64,000 nucleotides of DNA. Origin: Podospora anserina (taxonomy: Eukaryota). Of the stretch, positions 12,905 to 26,283 are shown piece after piece (position 1 is the first letter of the stretch; the number at the start of each line of letters is the position of its first letter). The notes under the pieces were generated by a model. That model had not been told where the DNA came from. It saw only the letters and a list, made by a program, of their open reading frames with translations, and did not search any database. The stretch is from assembly GCA_017654855.1 (NCBI GenBank), contig CM030338.1, positions 3,038,001 through 3,102,000 of the forward strand. Reading direction: 5' to 3'. The translations under genes were made by a program, and so were the position numbers.

Positions 12905-15052
12905 TTTGGCCCGGCAGAGCCCCTGATAACGATAAGAAAATAAGGTTGGTCCCAAGATCGGATGCACCACGCCGAGCCTGCTCAGGGGTATGTAGCGCCT
13001 GGGTATCGAACACAAAAAGAAAAAAATCCAGGGGAGTCGAACAGCGCCGGGCTTCAAGAACAAGACAAGATGCAACATGTGTCTTGGAGTTGTCTCCTGG
13101 GGGATCTACAGTTTATATTTCTCTCTGTCCCTTCTGCCAACAGCCAACTCCATGGTATGTCCGGCACGGCATATGCTATCCTTCGCAAGCACTCTCTTAC
13201 AGCTGAGAGGATGAAACACCACGGTCCAAGGTCTCCCGTTCCAACAGCAGCCCGCCGGCCTTCTGTTGTCAATGCATCTTGTCAAGTATTTTGAAATGTC
13301 GCATCCTGGTGGGACTCCGGCCTCGTGCCGATCGTAGAGCGAGATCGTAGATCCGGCTGTTTGTTCCTAGGTGGGGAGGAAGACGATCCCAAGTTACAGT
13401 TGCCACCAAGAACCCTGACTGCTGGGCAGCGACACGCATCGATACCACTCTACTGGTGAAAATCGACTGCCAGTCATTCATGCTGGTGACATCCTGGCTG
13501 GAAAGAGACGAAAATATCACCGACATCTGTGCCCTCAATAGATCCTTTTATTAAGTCGATGTTCATTTTGTGTTTGGCAAAGTCCTGGTCAGCGATAGAC
13601 GGCCCATTGTCGCATGAATATTGGGTCCTTCAAGCGAGCAGAATCCGACGGCATCTGCTTCATGTGTAGCCTATGAATACTGTGATGTATTTAGCCATCA
13701 GGCTTTCGGGTCGCCACAGGAACTGCTCAGTCTCCAAGCAGAGAAAGCTTGACCTCGGCCACCCAGGTTGCAGACATCGAAGTCGGCACTGAGGAGCAAT
13801 AAGCCAGCAAGTGTTGACAACATAATTAAACCCCAATTTTGACATGTTCTCAAGGCCTTGAAAGTTGGCTATGACAAAAATAGACATGAAGGTCAAAAGC
13901 CCTTGAATTTCAGGTTGCAATCCTGTTCTGAAAAGAAATTGTGTAGAAGTCCCACTACTTTTGTTCACGAGGTGCCCCATTTCACCCAATGTTGGAGCCG
14001 AACAGCCATGCTCTGACAGTCGTCTGCTGTGTCACGATGAGATGCAGATTGCGCCATCTAAGGAATTGATGGCTGTCTCAAGCCCAGACTGCCTTGGTGA
14101 GTATGAAGGTTTCCAAAATCATGTTGACAGACCATGTGATACGAGGCTTGAGATTTGAACATGACTGCCATCTATATAGTAATAATGCATCGCAATCCTT
14201 TTCTCCATGACGAGCTGGCAACTGGAGGCTGTTCCTGAATGTCCCTGGCAATGCACCCCTTGACCAGGAGATCCACTGATATGGACACGCCGTTGAACCC
14301 CATCTGTGGGGGAACCAGATCTGTTGACAGCCAGCCAATAGGGGGGCTTGAATGCTCTTCACCCCTGCACTTCACTTGCCCTGGCCCGAGCTTGGCAGGG
14401 CTCACCGCCCGACCTGCGGATGCCAGCCCCACTATTCTGCCAGGAAACTCCCCCACTAATCGGCTTGGCTTATCTTTTTTTTGACGTCCCTACGGTTCGC
14501 AGACTCTCCTCCATCTGTACAACCAAAGAAAAATAACAGGCACAGACCGACCTGCAACTTTGCCGACATAGCTGCAGTACAAGAAGTGACCCGTTTCCGC
14601 ACCCGCCGAGCCATCGCCGGCGAGCTGCCCATTGCTTCATTGCATTCACAAGGTACGTAGACATCTTCCTTTCTCTCACAATTCCACCTTCCCTTCCTTC
14701 AACCACCACCTTTCCTCTCACCCCAATCGAGTCGCCTGGACTGCCACTACTCGGTCCCATTTTCACTGCCCCACCTACACTGCACCTCTCAGATCAAAAC
14801 ATTCATCTTCACTCTGTCTTTCGCGCCTCATTCTCTCTTCCCACGCCTTCCTCTCTTCCCTCACATCCATCGACACTACCGACACAGCGACTCCATCATC
14901 CTGGCCTTGAGTTAACCTGCTAGTTGAGCTATAGCTACATCGAGTCGCGCAGCAATAATCGCTTCGTTCTGCCAACACTGTAACAATCACAACCGCAAAT
15001 CACGCAGCATCACAAGAGTCCTTGTTGATCAAAGCCAAGAATCAAATCAACA

Positions 15053-18000
15053 ATGGCTCAGCGTCCCAACACACACCTGCCCGCGGTGCGTTTGGAGACT
15101 GAGAAGAATCTGGGCATCACCCATCGTTCTGCCGCCCTGAACTTTGCCTGGACTGGCGATATCCGCAAGCGGTAAGTCTTTCTGTCCTTGATCGCTGTCT
15201 TTTGTGATTTTTCTGACTGGAAAATGCAGATATACCGATTTCCTTGTGTATGAGATCAACATAGATGGTTCTGTCATCCACCTTTACGACTTCATTGAAG
15301 ACAAGCCGGCTCACTCCCCGACTGAGAGTCAGTTTCAGGTGAGATGGTTGTCTTGATGTGATTCGACCAACAGACTGTGCTAACCCCATTTTCCAGAACA
15401 AATCGACTGCTCTTGTTCTCGCTTCGACTGGGCCCCGCAAGCAGGAAAACAAAGCCCCTATTGTGGTCCAAGAGATTTCCAAGGAGGACCAGGAGAAGCT
15501 CATCAAGTTGATCGGCGAGTCGACAGCCAAGAAGCTCATCGAGGTCGACAACAATGTGCAACGCAAAGTGCTCATGAGCGCCGAAAACCGCACTGTCGTC
15601 TTCGACCCGATTGACGATCGCTCTCAACGTGCCGAAGTCCATCAGGAGATTCGTCGCATCTTCAACAGCCGTGTGGAGACTGTTGCCAACTCTGAAGGCG
15701 TCATCACTGCGACCCCCTCCAAGTGGGCTGTCACCCGTGGCAGCAGTAACAACCGCACTCCTAGCCAGACATTTGGTTCCCGTCGCGACAATACTAGAGG
15801 TCAAGATCGCAACGTCAGCTTCGCCAAGCTGGGTGGTGAATATCTCCACTTCACCATGTACAAGGAGAACAAGGATACGATGGACGCAATCAACACCATC
15901 GCCCGTCTCTTGAAGATCAAGGCCACAAACTTTGGCTTTGCCGGCACCAAAGATCGCCGTGCCGCGACTGTTCAGCGGATCAGTGTCCGCTACCAGAGGG
16001 CCTCGAACCTCACTTGGTTGAACACCCGTATCCCCAACGTCAAGGTTGGTGATTTTGTGCACAAGGAGCAGCCGCTCTCTCTTGGTCAACACGGTGGCAA
16101 TGAGTTCATCATCACTCTCAAGAACTGCTCCCCTCTCGGTGGCAGTGAATGCTCTGTTGCTCAGCGCATGAAGATGATTCAACAGACGGTCGAGTGCGGC
16201 CTTGCCTATCTTAAGCATAACGGATACATCAACTACTTTGGTCTTCAGCGCTTTGGCACCCACACCATCGGGACCCACCTTCTTGGCATGAAGATCCTGC
16301 AAGGCGATTTCGAGGGCGTCATCGACGCCATTCTTCATGTCGATGATCACTACATTCAGGAGGCCTTCAATAACGTTGGCTCATCTCACGGGACCAAGCG
16401 TGATTTTGATCACAGCCACGGCAATGGCAACAACGCCAGCACTGCCAACCGCGATGACTACGATCGTGCCCGCGCCATCACCATCTGGAAGACTTCCAAG
16501 AATGCGAGCAAGGCTGTGGAGGGCCTACCCAAGAGATTCAGCTCTGAAATCGCTCTCATCCGCCACCTTGGCAAGAACCCAAAGGACTTTACGGGTGCAA
16601 TTCTGAGCATCACGCGTAGTATGCGAATGATGTACATTCACGCCTTCCAGTCCTACGTCTGGAACCACGCTGCATCCCGTCGTTGGTCCAAGTATGGCGC
16701 TCGTGTCATTGAAGGCGACATTGTCTTGAACGAGGATGTTGAGGATGCCACCACTCGTCCCAGCGAGGATGATGAGTTCGACACTTACGACGACAATGAG
16801 GTCGCTCATGTCTTCCCCCAAGCTCACGTGGTTACTGCCGAGGACCTGGCCGCTGAGAAGTATACCATCTTCGATGTCGTTCTCCCCACTCCCGGCTATG
16901 ATGTCGTCTATCCCCAGAATGAGATTGGCGAGTTCTACGTCGAGTTCATGGGCAAGGAGGAAAATGGCGGTCTGAATCCCTACGACATGCGTCGCAAGAA
17001 TCGGGAGTTCTCTCTCAGCGGCAGCTACCGCGCCCTCATGGGTCGCTTCATTACTGAGCCCCAATACGCCATTCGGGCTTATGTCGATGACACTGAGCAA
17101 ATGTACCCCACTGACTTGGATTTTGCTACTCACAAGAAGGCCCAGCAGAAGAAGTCTCTGGCCCAGCCCAAGCCAGCCAGCCAGGCTGCCAACTCTTGGA
17201 ATGCCTTTGCCGCCAATCCTGCGGCATTTGATGATGCTTTGGCTGAGTTTCAGCGCCGGCGCAAGGCTAGCGAAGGGCCTGCTTCTGAAGTCAAGACAAT
17301 CATCAAGGAGACTTGGGTCGAAACTGGTGTCAACGGCTCCGCTAAGCGCGTCAAGGTTGCCCGTCATCAGCAAGAGATTGAGTCACCGCCCGAGACTCCT
17401 CAGGCCGACGCTTTGACCAGGCGTTCTTCTGATCCCGAGCTTCAGGCTCGCATGAAAGCCGCGCTGTTCCCTGGGAACACGGAGGCTCCGGCTGTCGTCC
17501 CCCAAGAGGATGTCGAAATGGTCGACACCCCTTGCGCCCCTACACCTGCCAGGGGCCCTGCTTTCCTCTTGAAGTCGCCCCCCGTCGGCAAGGGTGTTTC
17601 CCTTCTTGACTCGTACTCTCCCATCGCTGAGCCTGCCGCTCCTCTCCAGCAGAAGCCTGGTATTTTGTCTGGGGATGGCGGTCTTGTCGTCCCGAAGGGT
17701 CCCAATACCTCTGGCACCCGAGGTCTTTCTGACACGTTCTACGCCGCTGGCGGGGACGACCCTTTTGTTGGCCAAACTTCGCCTCCTACGACCATTGTGA
17801 AGAAAGAAGAGAGCGACTCGGTTGCCAAGTCAGAATCCGACGAATGGTACGGGAAGAAGGAATTGGCTGGTCTTCTCGGCGGCCCGACTGCTCTCGTCAA
17901 GACTGAGCAGGAAGACGACGCCGCGCCCTCTACCTCCCAGGCGCTCGTCAAGGTTGAGGACGACTGCAAGTCGGATTCCAGTGTCGAAGAGTTGATCAAT

Positions 18001-18186
18001 GGTGTCCCCTTGCCCAAATTCCACACGGCGTCCAACAACCCGTTGTTGCCTCCCAAGAACATTGTCGACGTCGACACTCTCGACCCCAGGGCGCGCAAGA
18101 TTGCTGTCATTCTCAAATTTCAGCTCAAGACTAGCAACTATGCCACTGTTGTGCTCCGTGAGCTCATGGGTACTACCGTCGAGTAG
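15053..18186 (+). CDS. PUS7: TruD-family pseudouridine synthase Pus7
   Basis: IRKRYTDFLVYEI spans intron 15172-15229, with a second intron at 15339-15396. Catalytic motif FAGTKDRRA, plus GNEFIITL, INYFGLQRFG, HAFQSYVWN and C-terminal FQLKTSNYATVVLRELM. Confidence 0.93.
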
Positions 18187-18605
18187 TGTGCCCACTTTTC
18201 AACACCAACCCTACAGGTGGCTTTGCCTGATCAACCGAAGCTATCCACAACAGGACGAGATTGTACTGAAATTTTTTGTCCCTCTGTTTTCTGATCGCAT
18301 TTGAGGCGATGTCATCGCGTCTCAGCAACATCTAGTGGAGCACATGGGCTCCTGATTGCCACGATGGTTCATTTTGCCGTATACACATTCACGGATACGC
18401 GGCCGCTTTTCATGGCTCGATCCTACAAGCATAACTATTCACTTTCTTCGACTCAAGCATAACTACATCAACTGTCTTCGACCTGTACACTATTCGCTGC
18501 ACGACTACTGCCGTACCAAGCACATCGACTCGATTTTCTTGCAAGCATTTCAGCAAGCGTTGCCATTAAGTTAGCGACCTCGAGACATTGCAAGCCATGT
18601 TCAAA

Positions 18606-18792
18606 GCCAAGGACTTTTTTGTTCATTCTCGCGTCGGAAGCTCCCATTCAGTTGGGGACATGTCAGAAAGCCGCCCTCACTGAGTTGGGGGGGCACACTA
18701 TTAGCGGGAAGCTCCCATTAAGTTGGGGACATTACCGAAACAAAGTCTTTGGCACGACGGGAGGTTCTCATCGAGTTGGGGACGTTACCGAG
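18606..18792 (+). repeat. Cluster of 3-4 repeated hairpin units (candidate structured RNA element)
   Basis: Units resembling GGAAGCTCCCATTNAGTTGGGGACATTACCG at 18636-18670, 18707-18740 and 18760-18792. A partial unit lies at 18674-18696. Bases 18606-18623 are complementary to 18739-18753. Confidence 0.75.
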
Positions 18793-19584
18793 TTTTGAGG
18801 CATTGGGGGTTCTTTTCCTCTTCATTGGTCGTCATTGTCTTTTTTTTTCTTTCCTTCGGGGTGGGTTTGCTTTGCGTGGAGTTCCGGTTCGGCATACATA
18901 GAAATGGTGTTTGGGATTTATAGACGGATGGATGGGACAAGGGCAAAAGTTTGGGATGGTTGTTTTCTTCATTCTCTTTCTCTCTCATTTCTTTTCTTCT
19001 TTTGGTCGTCAAGATTTGATTGATTATAAGAGATACCCACTTTTGCGATTTTGAGAAGAGGAGAAAAGGAAGATATCCCCTGTGAGGAAGGGAAGAAAAT
19101 GGGAGCTGGGATTTGTAGGGAGAGAAGATTGGTGGGATTATGGCGAGCATTCCGAGACATCACAACACAAGGACAACACTAGGTTTTCGGTTTTCGGTTT
19201 TCTATTTCCCTCTCGGGAAAAGAGGGAAGGGTAGTAGATGATGGACTTTGTTAGCTAGTGTGTGATGGCTGGGGGTAATGAGGAGAAGTCTACTGCTATA
19301 TTCTTCTGTTTTGTTTTGGTGATGTGATCATGTATGTTACAAGCAGTTGAAGCATGGTCCTCACTGAAGTGATAACGACACCTAAATCCAATCTTGAAAC
19401 CGCCTTGTAATTTGTGAAGCCATCCACATCCCCAATTGTCACAGCATCAAAGAAAAATGTATTGTAAATAGGCCCAGCCCGTGTATATATTTCATCTCGG
19501 TAAAATCTTTTTGTAAAATACTCGACCTAAAATCTCAAGGCATTCATCATTAAGGATAGAGACAAGAAGGCGTAAAATAAGTAA

Positions 19585-19611
<27 letters not shown>
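19585..19611. repeat. (GT)n microsatellite
   Basis: Perfect GT run, directly visible. Confidence 0.9.
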
Positions 19612-19615
<4 letters not shown>

Positions 19616-19921
19616 GTTGTTGTAGAATGTAGTTCGTGCGTGTTGGCCCAACATCATCATCCATCCCTTCCTGCCAGCGCCAACCTGCCCCCCCCAACCC
19701 CAACCCCAACCCCAATTCCCATATTGCCGTCCGTATATCTAACCAAGATAAAGTTGGAAATATCGTACCAGATCACCACCCCTAAACCCCGACCGTGACT
19801 CCTAGCCATAACAAGCCAGTATCTTCTTCTCTTCTTCCTAGTCAAAATGTCGTTTCAATCACCCCTTCCATTTCGGAGAGGCTTCTATCCTCAACTCTCC
19901 CACATCTTCACACTCTTCCCC

Positions 19922-21590
19922 TCACTTCTTATCATCCCACCCCCAAACCTGCGTCAAATACTTGCTCATATTCACCCTCTTGGTCTTCATCTCCACCATC
20001 CAAGGGTGCTCCAGCATCCTCCACGGCGTTGCCCTCCTAAGCGGATCCTTCTCCAGACTATTCCCCCCAAAAAAAGTCAGCAATCTTCCCAACCATTTCC
20101 CTTTGTCGGCGATCACTTACCAGCACTCAATAAAATACTTAAAACTATCACTCCAAAAAATACTCGCCTCGGGCTCGTCCTTCAGCTTGGGAATCGGCTG
20201 CCTCACAATATACGTCAACAAATCAATCAACCCCGCCCTAGGCTGCATCTCGGTCCCGTCCGCAGGAAACGGAAACCTATGCTGCGCAACCTCCAGCAGC
20301 GTCACGCCCGTCGACCAGACGTCGCTCGTGATGGTGTATGACTGCCCCGTGATCCGTTCCGGAGCCATGTAGTAACTCGTTCCGATAAAAGTGTTGGCAT
20401 CTCCCTTGGTGCCAAACTCACCCGACACACCAAAGTCGCAAAGCTTAACCTCCCCGTTGCGGCAGAGGAGGATGTTGCTCGGTTTGATGTCACGGTGAAT
20501 GATCTTTTTGCTGTGGAGGTAGGTCAGGCCCTGGAGGACGCCCTCGGAAATCTTCCCGAGGACTTTTTCTCCTGTGCGGCCGCCGAGGCGCTTGACTTCC
20601 TTGTAGATGGAGTCGAGCGAGCCGCCCTCGCAGAATTCCATCGCGATGGAGATGGTGGCGGTCGAGGGGTCGACAAAGGCGCCGTAGTACCTGCAGATGT
20701 GCTCCGACATGCAGTCCTTGTTGAAGCCGAGCTCGCGGACGATTTGGCGTTTGACGTCGGGGTCGGGGTTGGTTGTGATGACCTTTTGGGTACGTTAGTT
20801 TAGACATGGTGATGGATAAAGGGGTCAAAAAGGCGCGCACCTTGAGAGCGAAAACCGTGTTCCCCCCCTTGAGCTTACACCTCGTCACCGCACCACCTGC
20901 ACCCTCTCCCAAACTCCCCAGCTCGACAATCCTCTTCTCCATGCTCACGATCCTCCAGCCTTCATCGTCCAGATCCTCCACATCCGCGCTCCTCGCCTTG
21001 TCTAGGCTCAGCTTGTCGAAGCTCTCCAGCCCGTGTAGGCTGTTTTCTCTTTCCATGCCGACGCTCTCGCTGGCGTTTGAGTAGAGCGATCCCACGGCTG
21101 ATACCGGGTCCCCTGTCCCGGCGTGTCTAGTCGGTCCAATGCCATACTGCTCAGCAAACGACAAAGCGCTGAACTGCGACCCCGCACTGGTTGGGTTGCT
21201 CGCACGGCCGTCAAAGGGGCCGAAAGAGCCGGATCTGGAGTGGGCGGCGCTCGATTCGCTGCCGCCGCTGGCGGATTGGAGACTGAGGGCGGGCTTGATG
21301 TGTTGTGGTTGTTCTTGCGGGACCACGCTGCTGCTTCCCATGGGGGTAGCAAGATGAAGAGTCGGGAGTGCTGGTCTACCTGGGGCCGGGCCGGGGTTGC
21401 TGAGTGGTTTTGCGTTGGGGGATGGAGGGATGGCGAGGCCGAGACGGGGAGCACGTCCGCCGGAGCGGTTGCCTCCTGGGAGGGCGGGACGGAGGAGGGG
21501 AACGCTGTTCATCTTTGGGACGGAGGAGCCGGGCGAGGGCTGTGGTGATGGGAACTCCAGGGTAAGGTTTGGTGGCTGAGGCTTTGACAT
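19922..21590 (-). CDS. MKK1: Cell-wall-integrity MAP kinase kinase (Mkk1/Mek1)
   Basis: [45 protein letters not shown] and SDVWSTG. Introns at 20840-20783 and 20120-20058. N-terminal docking-like [11 protein letters not shown]. Confidence 0.92.
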
Positions 21591-23220
21591 GGTTGGCAAT
21601 GGTTAGTTGAGGATATCTACAATGATACTGGAGAGGACTGATTGTTCCAAGGTTCCGGTGGGATGGGTCCACCAGTCGCCTGATTGTTTGAGAAAAGCCC
21701 CGGCACAGACAGGCACTGACGGGGAGAGGGAGAGAGAAAGAGATGAGAAATTTTTATTGATTGGAAAGAAAAAGGTCCATACCCGAGGCGCAGCGGCCTC
21801 GCTGCTCTGATTGTCTGAAGCGACCATTCTGGGCGCTGTTGGAAACTCCTGCGCTGTCGGGTCACCTCACAGCAGAGGAGGGGGGTTAGCGGGGAACGGG
21901 GCGGTAGCTAGTCGAGTAAACAGGGCTGCTAGACTCGGCGATGGGCGAACGATCGAGTCGTGCGAATGCAACTGTTGATTATCTCGAGGATGTAGGGCTG
22001 AGAAAGGTCCCCTTTCGAGATATCTGAGGGCAAATGGCCAAATGCGATGCGGTGCAGTGCGGTGCGGTGGAAAGAGCTCGTGCGACGAACAGCAGCGAGC
22101 CGACAGCGATGGAACGCACGGATAAGGCAGGCAGGCAAGGCACGGCTTTCAGGTGGTGGGGTGGTGTGGTGCTCGCTAGGGATATGGCCGGTTTGGAATC
22201 GGGCCAGATCTGTCCTGTCCTGTCCTCGATGAGTTGTCCTTGACTACGGAGTAGGGAGTCCTGGGTGACCGCAGATTCGGGAAGAGGGAGGAAGAGGGAT
22301 TTGAGGGTGATGGAGGAGTTGAGGTGGTGGTCAGAGATAGAATAGTCCTAGATAGATATTTGCCCCTGTGCTGCTGAGACCAGACGAACAAGACAAGAAA
22401 GACATCTGCACGTTCGAGGCAAGCCGGGCGCCTGTGGTTCTAGGACCAGGGGGCCTCTGAGGTTTGCTTGGCCGGCCGCTGGCCAATGCGAGGACCCGGG
22501 TGTCCAGGGGTGGCCGTTGGGGGTGAAAGGCGGGGCACCGTCTGGTGCCATCACCAGACAAAGACTTTCTTAAACGTCCAAGTTTCAAAGTTTGAACTAG
22601 CGAACATTTTGACAGCATTGTCCATTTCCATTTTCCATGATCTCGTGGCTAAGGTACCTGAAAAGCGGAAATTACACGGGGCCGCCTCGACCGATATGGC
22701 CATTTTAGGACTTTATCCTGAGAAGAAAGGAAGGCTGTCATGACTGGTGGCTGATGATGAATGGCTTTTCGGTCAAGATGGGATTACATCTTAGCAAAGC
22801 TAATTACCAGCACATGCCGCCCTGAGGCAAGGAAGAGCGCGGAGGAGCCGTGGGAGCCGTCCCCGTACACTTCGTACACACCACTGACGTGAGCAGTTCA
22901 ACAAGCGACGAAGGGTGCATGGATCGCCAGAAATTACCTACTGTTGAATGGACGCCTCGGACACATCGCGGCTGTCTGTTGGTTCACTCCGTGAGAACTT
23001 GATGTGACGGCGTCGAATATCAAAAAGGCAACGGCTTTTCCCAAGCGCCCAGCCCTAGTCCCAATAAGCGCCCGCCCACACAGTGGGGTTGATGCATCTT
23101 GTCGTTCCTGTGGGTCGCAAAAGCCGCCCCACATTTTAGACGTCAAACCTCCAACCAAAATTTTTGATGGCAGCAACACATCTCATCGAGGACTATATCT
23201 CATCACACCACACAGACGTC

Positions 23221-24956
23221 ATGCCATCAGCTGCCTCAAAAAAGACCGGAAAGGTCAAGCCGGTGCCGGTGGATGAGGATATCCATTCAGATGATGTAAA
23301 CTCAGGACCAGGTTCTGGCTCTGATTCAGACGACTCCAACCACTCAGACTCGGACTCGGATTCACTGGATAGCGACAGCCCCAGAAAACGCCGCCGAACA
23401 GAACCAAAAGATGTTCAAATCGTCGACGACGACGACAGCGATGATGATGAAGATGATGTCCCAAAAGTTATCCAGTCTGCCTACAGCGTAGCGTCACGCA
23501 TCAAGCCTCAAAAATCCCAGGCCGACAAAAAGGCCGAGGCCGTAAAGGCGACCCTCCCGGAGCCCACCACCGGGGTCACGGTCTCTACCGACTCCAACAC
23601 CACCTTCGAGTCCCTAGGAGTCCGCCCATGGCTGGTTCAGTCCCTCGCCAACATGGCTATCAAACGGCCCACCGCCATTCAAAGAGAAAGTATCCCCATG
23701 CTTCTCAAAGGAAGAGACTGCATCGGTGGCAGTAGGACAGGTTCCGGCAAAACAGTCGCCTTTTCAGTCCCCATCCTTCAACAATGGGCCGAGAATCCAT
23801 CGGCCATCTTTGGCGTCATTCTCACTCCTACTCGGCAAGATTGTCCTCTCACCCTCGCACGATTTCATCTCATATACTAATTTCGGCTCACAGTGAACTC
23901 GCCCTCCAAATCTTCGAACAAGTCAAGGCCATCTCCTCCCCTCACTCCCTCAAAGCAATCCTCGTCACCGGAGGCGCAGACATGCGGGCCCAGGCCATCG
24001 CCCTCGCCCAAAGGCCACACATCGTCATCGCCACCCCCGGCCGTCTAGCCGACCACATCCGCACTTCCGGCTACGACACCGTCTGCGGCTTGGGTCGCGT
24101 GAGATTCGTCGTGCTAGACGAAGCAGACAGGTTGCTTGCCGACAACGGTCCTGGTTCCATGCTCCCGGACGTGGAAGAGTGTCTCTCCGCCTTGCCACCG
24201 GCCGAGAAACGGCAGACACTCTTGTTCACCGCTACCATCACCCCGGAAGTCATGGCTCTCAAGAATATGCCCAGAAAACCTGGGAGAGAGCCGGTGTTTG
24301 TGTGTGAAGTTGACACGGAGAAGTTGGCGATTCCACCAACGCTTAAGCAGATGCATTTACAGGTTCCTGTTACACACAGGGAGCACTACTTGCACATGTT
24401 TTTGCTGACGGAGCAAAACGTCCACAAGAGCATTATTATCTTTTGCAACAGGACGTCAACAGCTGATTTCCTCCATCATTTACTTCGGTTGTTGGACCAT
24501 AGAATAACGAGTCTACACTCTAAACTGCCCCAACGGCAGCGGATAGACAACCTGGGCAGATTCAGAGCGTCGGCCGCAAGGATATTGGTGGCGACGGATG
24601 TGGCGGCCAGAGGTTTGGATATTCCTGAAGTGAAGATGGTGATCAACTATGATATCCCGAGAGATCCAGATGATTACATTCATCGCGTCGGTCGCACTGC
24701 CAGAGCGGGGAGGAAGGGCGATGCGGTCACGTTTGTTGGGCAGAGGGATGTTGATTTGGTGCTGGCGATTGAGGACAGGGTGGGGAGGAAGATGGAGGCG
24801 TGGGAGGAGGAGGGCGTGAACTTGGAGACGAGGGTGGTGAGGGAGGCGTTGAAGTTGGTGAGCGAGAAGAAGAGGGAGGCGTTGCTGGAGTTGGAGGAGG
24901 GGAAGGAGGTTGGTGGGAAGAGGAAGAGGGGGATGGAGAAGCTGAGGGCTACTTGA
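23221..24956 (+). CDS. DBP8: DEAD-box RNA helicase Dbp8
   Basis: Q motif [19 protein letters not shown] (across GC-AG intron 23835-23893), ATPGRL, LDEAD, TAT, ARGLDIP and [10 protein letters not shown]. Confidence 0.9.
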
Positions 24957-25135
24957 GTGCTTATGGTGATGTAGCCATGTTGAGTGGGACAACGAAGATA
25001 CCCGATTCATTCATCATAATCCATAATTGCTCTTTGCACAACACTTGACTGAACGACACACTCCACGGTCTGCTATGTTCGACAATCAGCCTATGACAAT
25101 CTCATCCAGTTGAACCGAACCACAAGACCTCAACA

Positions 25136-26283
25136 TCAATAAGTAGCACTCAACCTCTGCACCAAATACTCCCCGCTATATATCCCCTCATACTTCTTCT
25201 CCCCCTTCTCGGCCCCATAAGTCCCAGGAATAGCCTCGATGAAGCTGTCGAAATTCGGGTTGCAAAAGTACCTGTTTTCCTTCATCAGCACACATCACAT
25301 CCTTCCACTCTTTCTCTCTCTCTCTCTCTCTCTCAGCAAGTACTCACGCAACACTATACCTGGCCGGATACTCCTTCACCTCTTCACTCTCCCCCTCCTC
25401 CTTCGGAGGCGGAGGCTCAACAACCCGATGAATCGTACTCTTCACCCCATCATTCGCCCACCTAGCCAGCAAATCCCCCGCATTCACCACCACCGTCCCC
25501 TCAACAGGCCTCGCATCCACAAACCTCCCCCCCGGCGCCCTAACCTGCAAACCCCCCCTCCCATCCTGAAACAAAAGCGTGATACTCCCATAATCACTAT
25601 GCTCCCCCGCCCGAATCGCCCCCTGCTCAAACCTTTCCTTTCCCACAGCCGGATAATGCAACAACCGTAACGTATTATCCCCCCTGTCCACAAACCCATC
25701 AAAAAACCCCTCCCCCAACCCCATACCCACAGCAATAGCCCTCATAACCTCCACATTCAGCTCATGACACCGTCTGTGAAACTCAGTCATCACTTCCCTG
25801 AACCCTGCCAACTCGGGCCAGCGGTTAGGATGACCAGGTTCATCCTCCCTCCCAATCTCAAAACTCTCCTTCAGATCGGGCACCTTCTCCCTTAAACTCT
25901 CCACCTCGTCCGGCTTCGTCAGCTGTGTCACTTTTTCTCTGCCGGGGGCCGAGTACCCCCTATTGGCGTCGGGTGTGGTCCACAGGTACTTCCTCTTGAA
26001 GTCTTCTCCGTGATCAAAAAAGCTGGCAGAGTTGGCAAAGACAGAGGTCAAGAGGTCGGGGGGGATGGGGGTGTGGGAGAGGTAGAGAAAGCCTGAAGTC
26101 TGAAAGGCAGTGAGGATTGCTTTGGCGGTAGCAGCTTTGGATTCGGGGGAGCCAGAGAGGAAATCGGAAAAGTTGATGATCTGAGGGCGAGTGTTAGTAG
26201 ATATGGGAGGGGATGAGAGTGAGGGGGAGGGGGGTAGCTACAGGAATGACGAGGCCGTCTTGTTCCACTGCTGTTGAGCCCAT
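25136..26283 (-). CDS. 2OG-Fe(II) dioxygenase, probable thymine-7-hydroxylase
   Basis: Introns at 26241-26181 and 25347-25272. Motifs GFLYL, NRGY, DLKESFEIG, LRLLHYP, HSDYGSITLL, STIHRV and RYSVAYFCNP. Lies head-to-head with an isoorotate decarboxylase. Confidence 0.85.

Noticed and set aside
15292-17373. Long antisense ORFs (352 and 282 aa) over PUS7
   Set aside because: These are codon-bias shadows with no recognisable motifs. The same applies to antisense ORFs over ATG15, actinin and KRI1.
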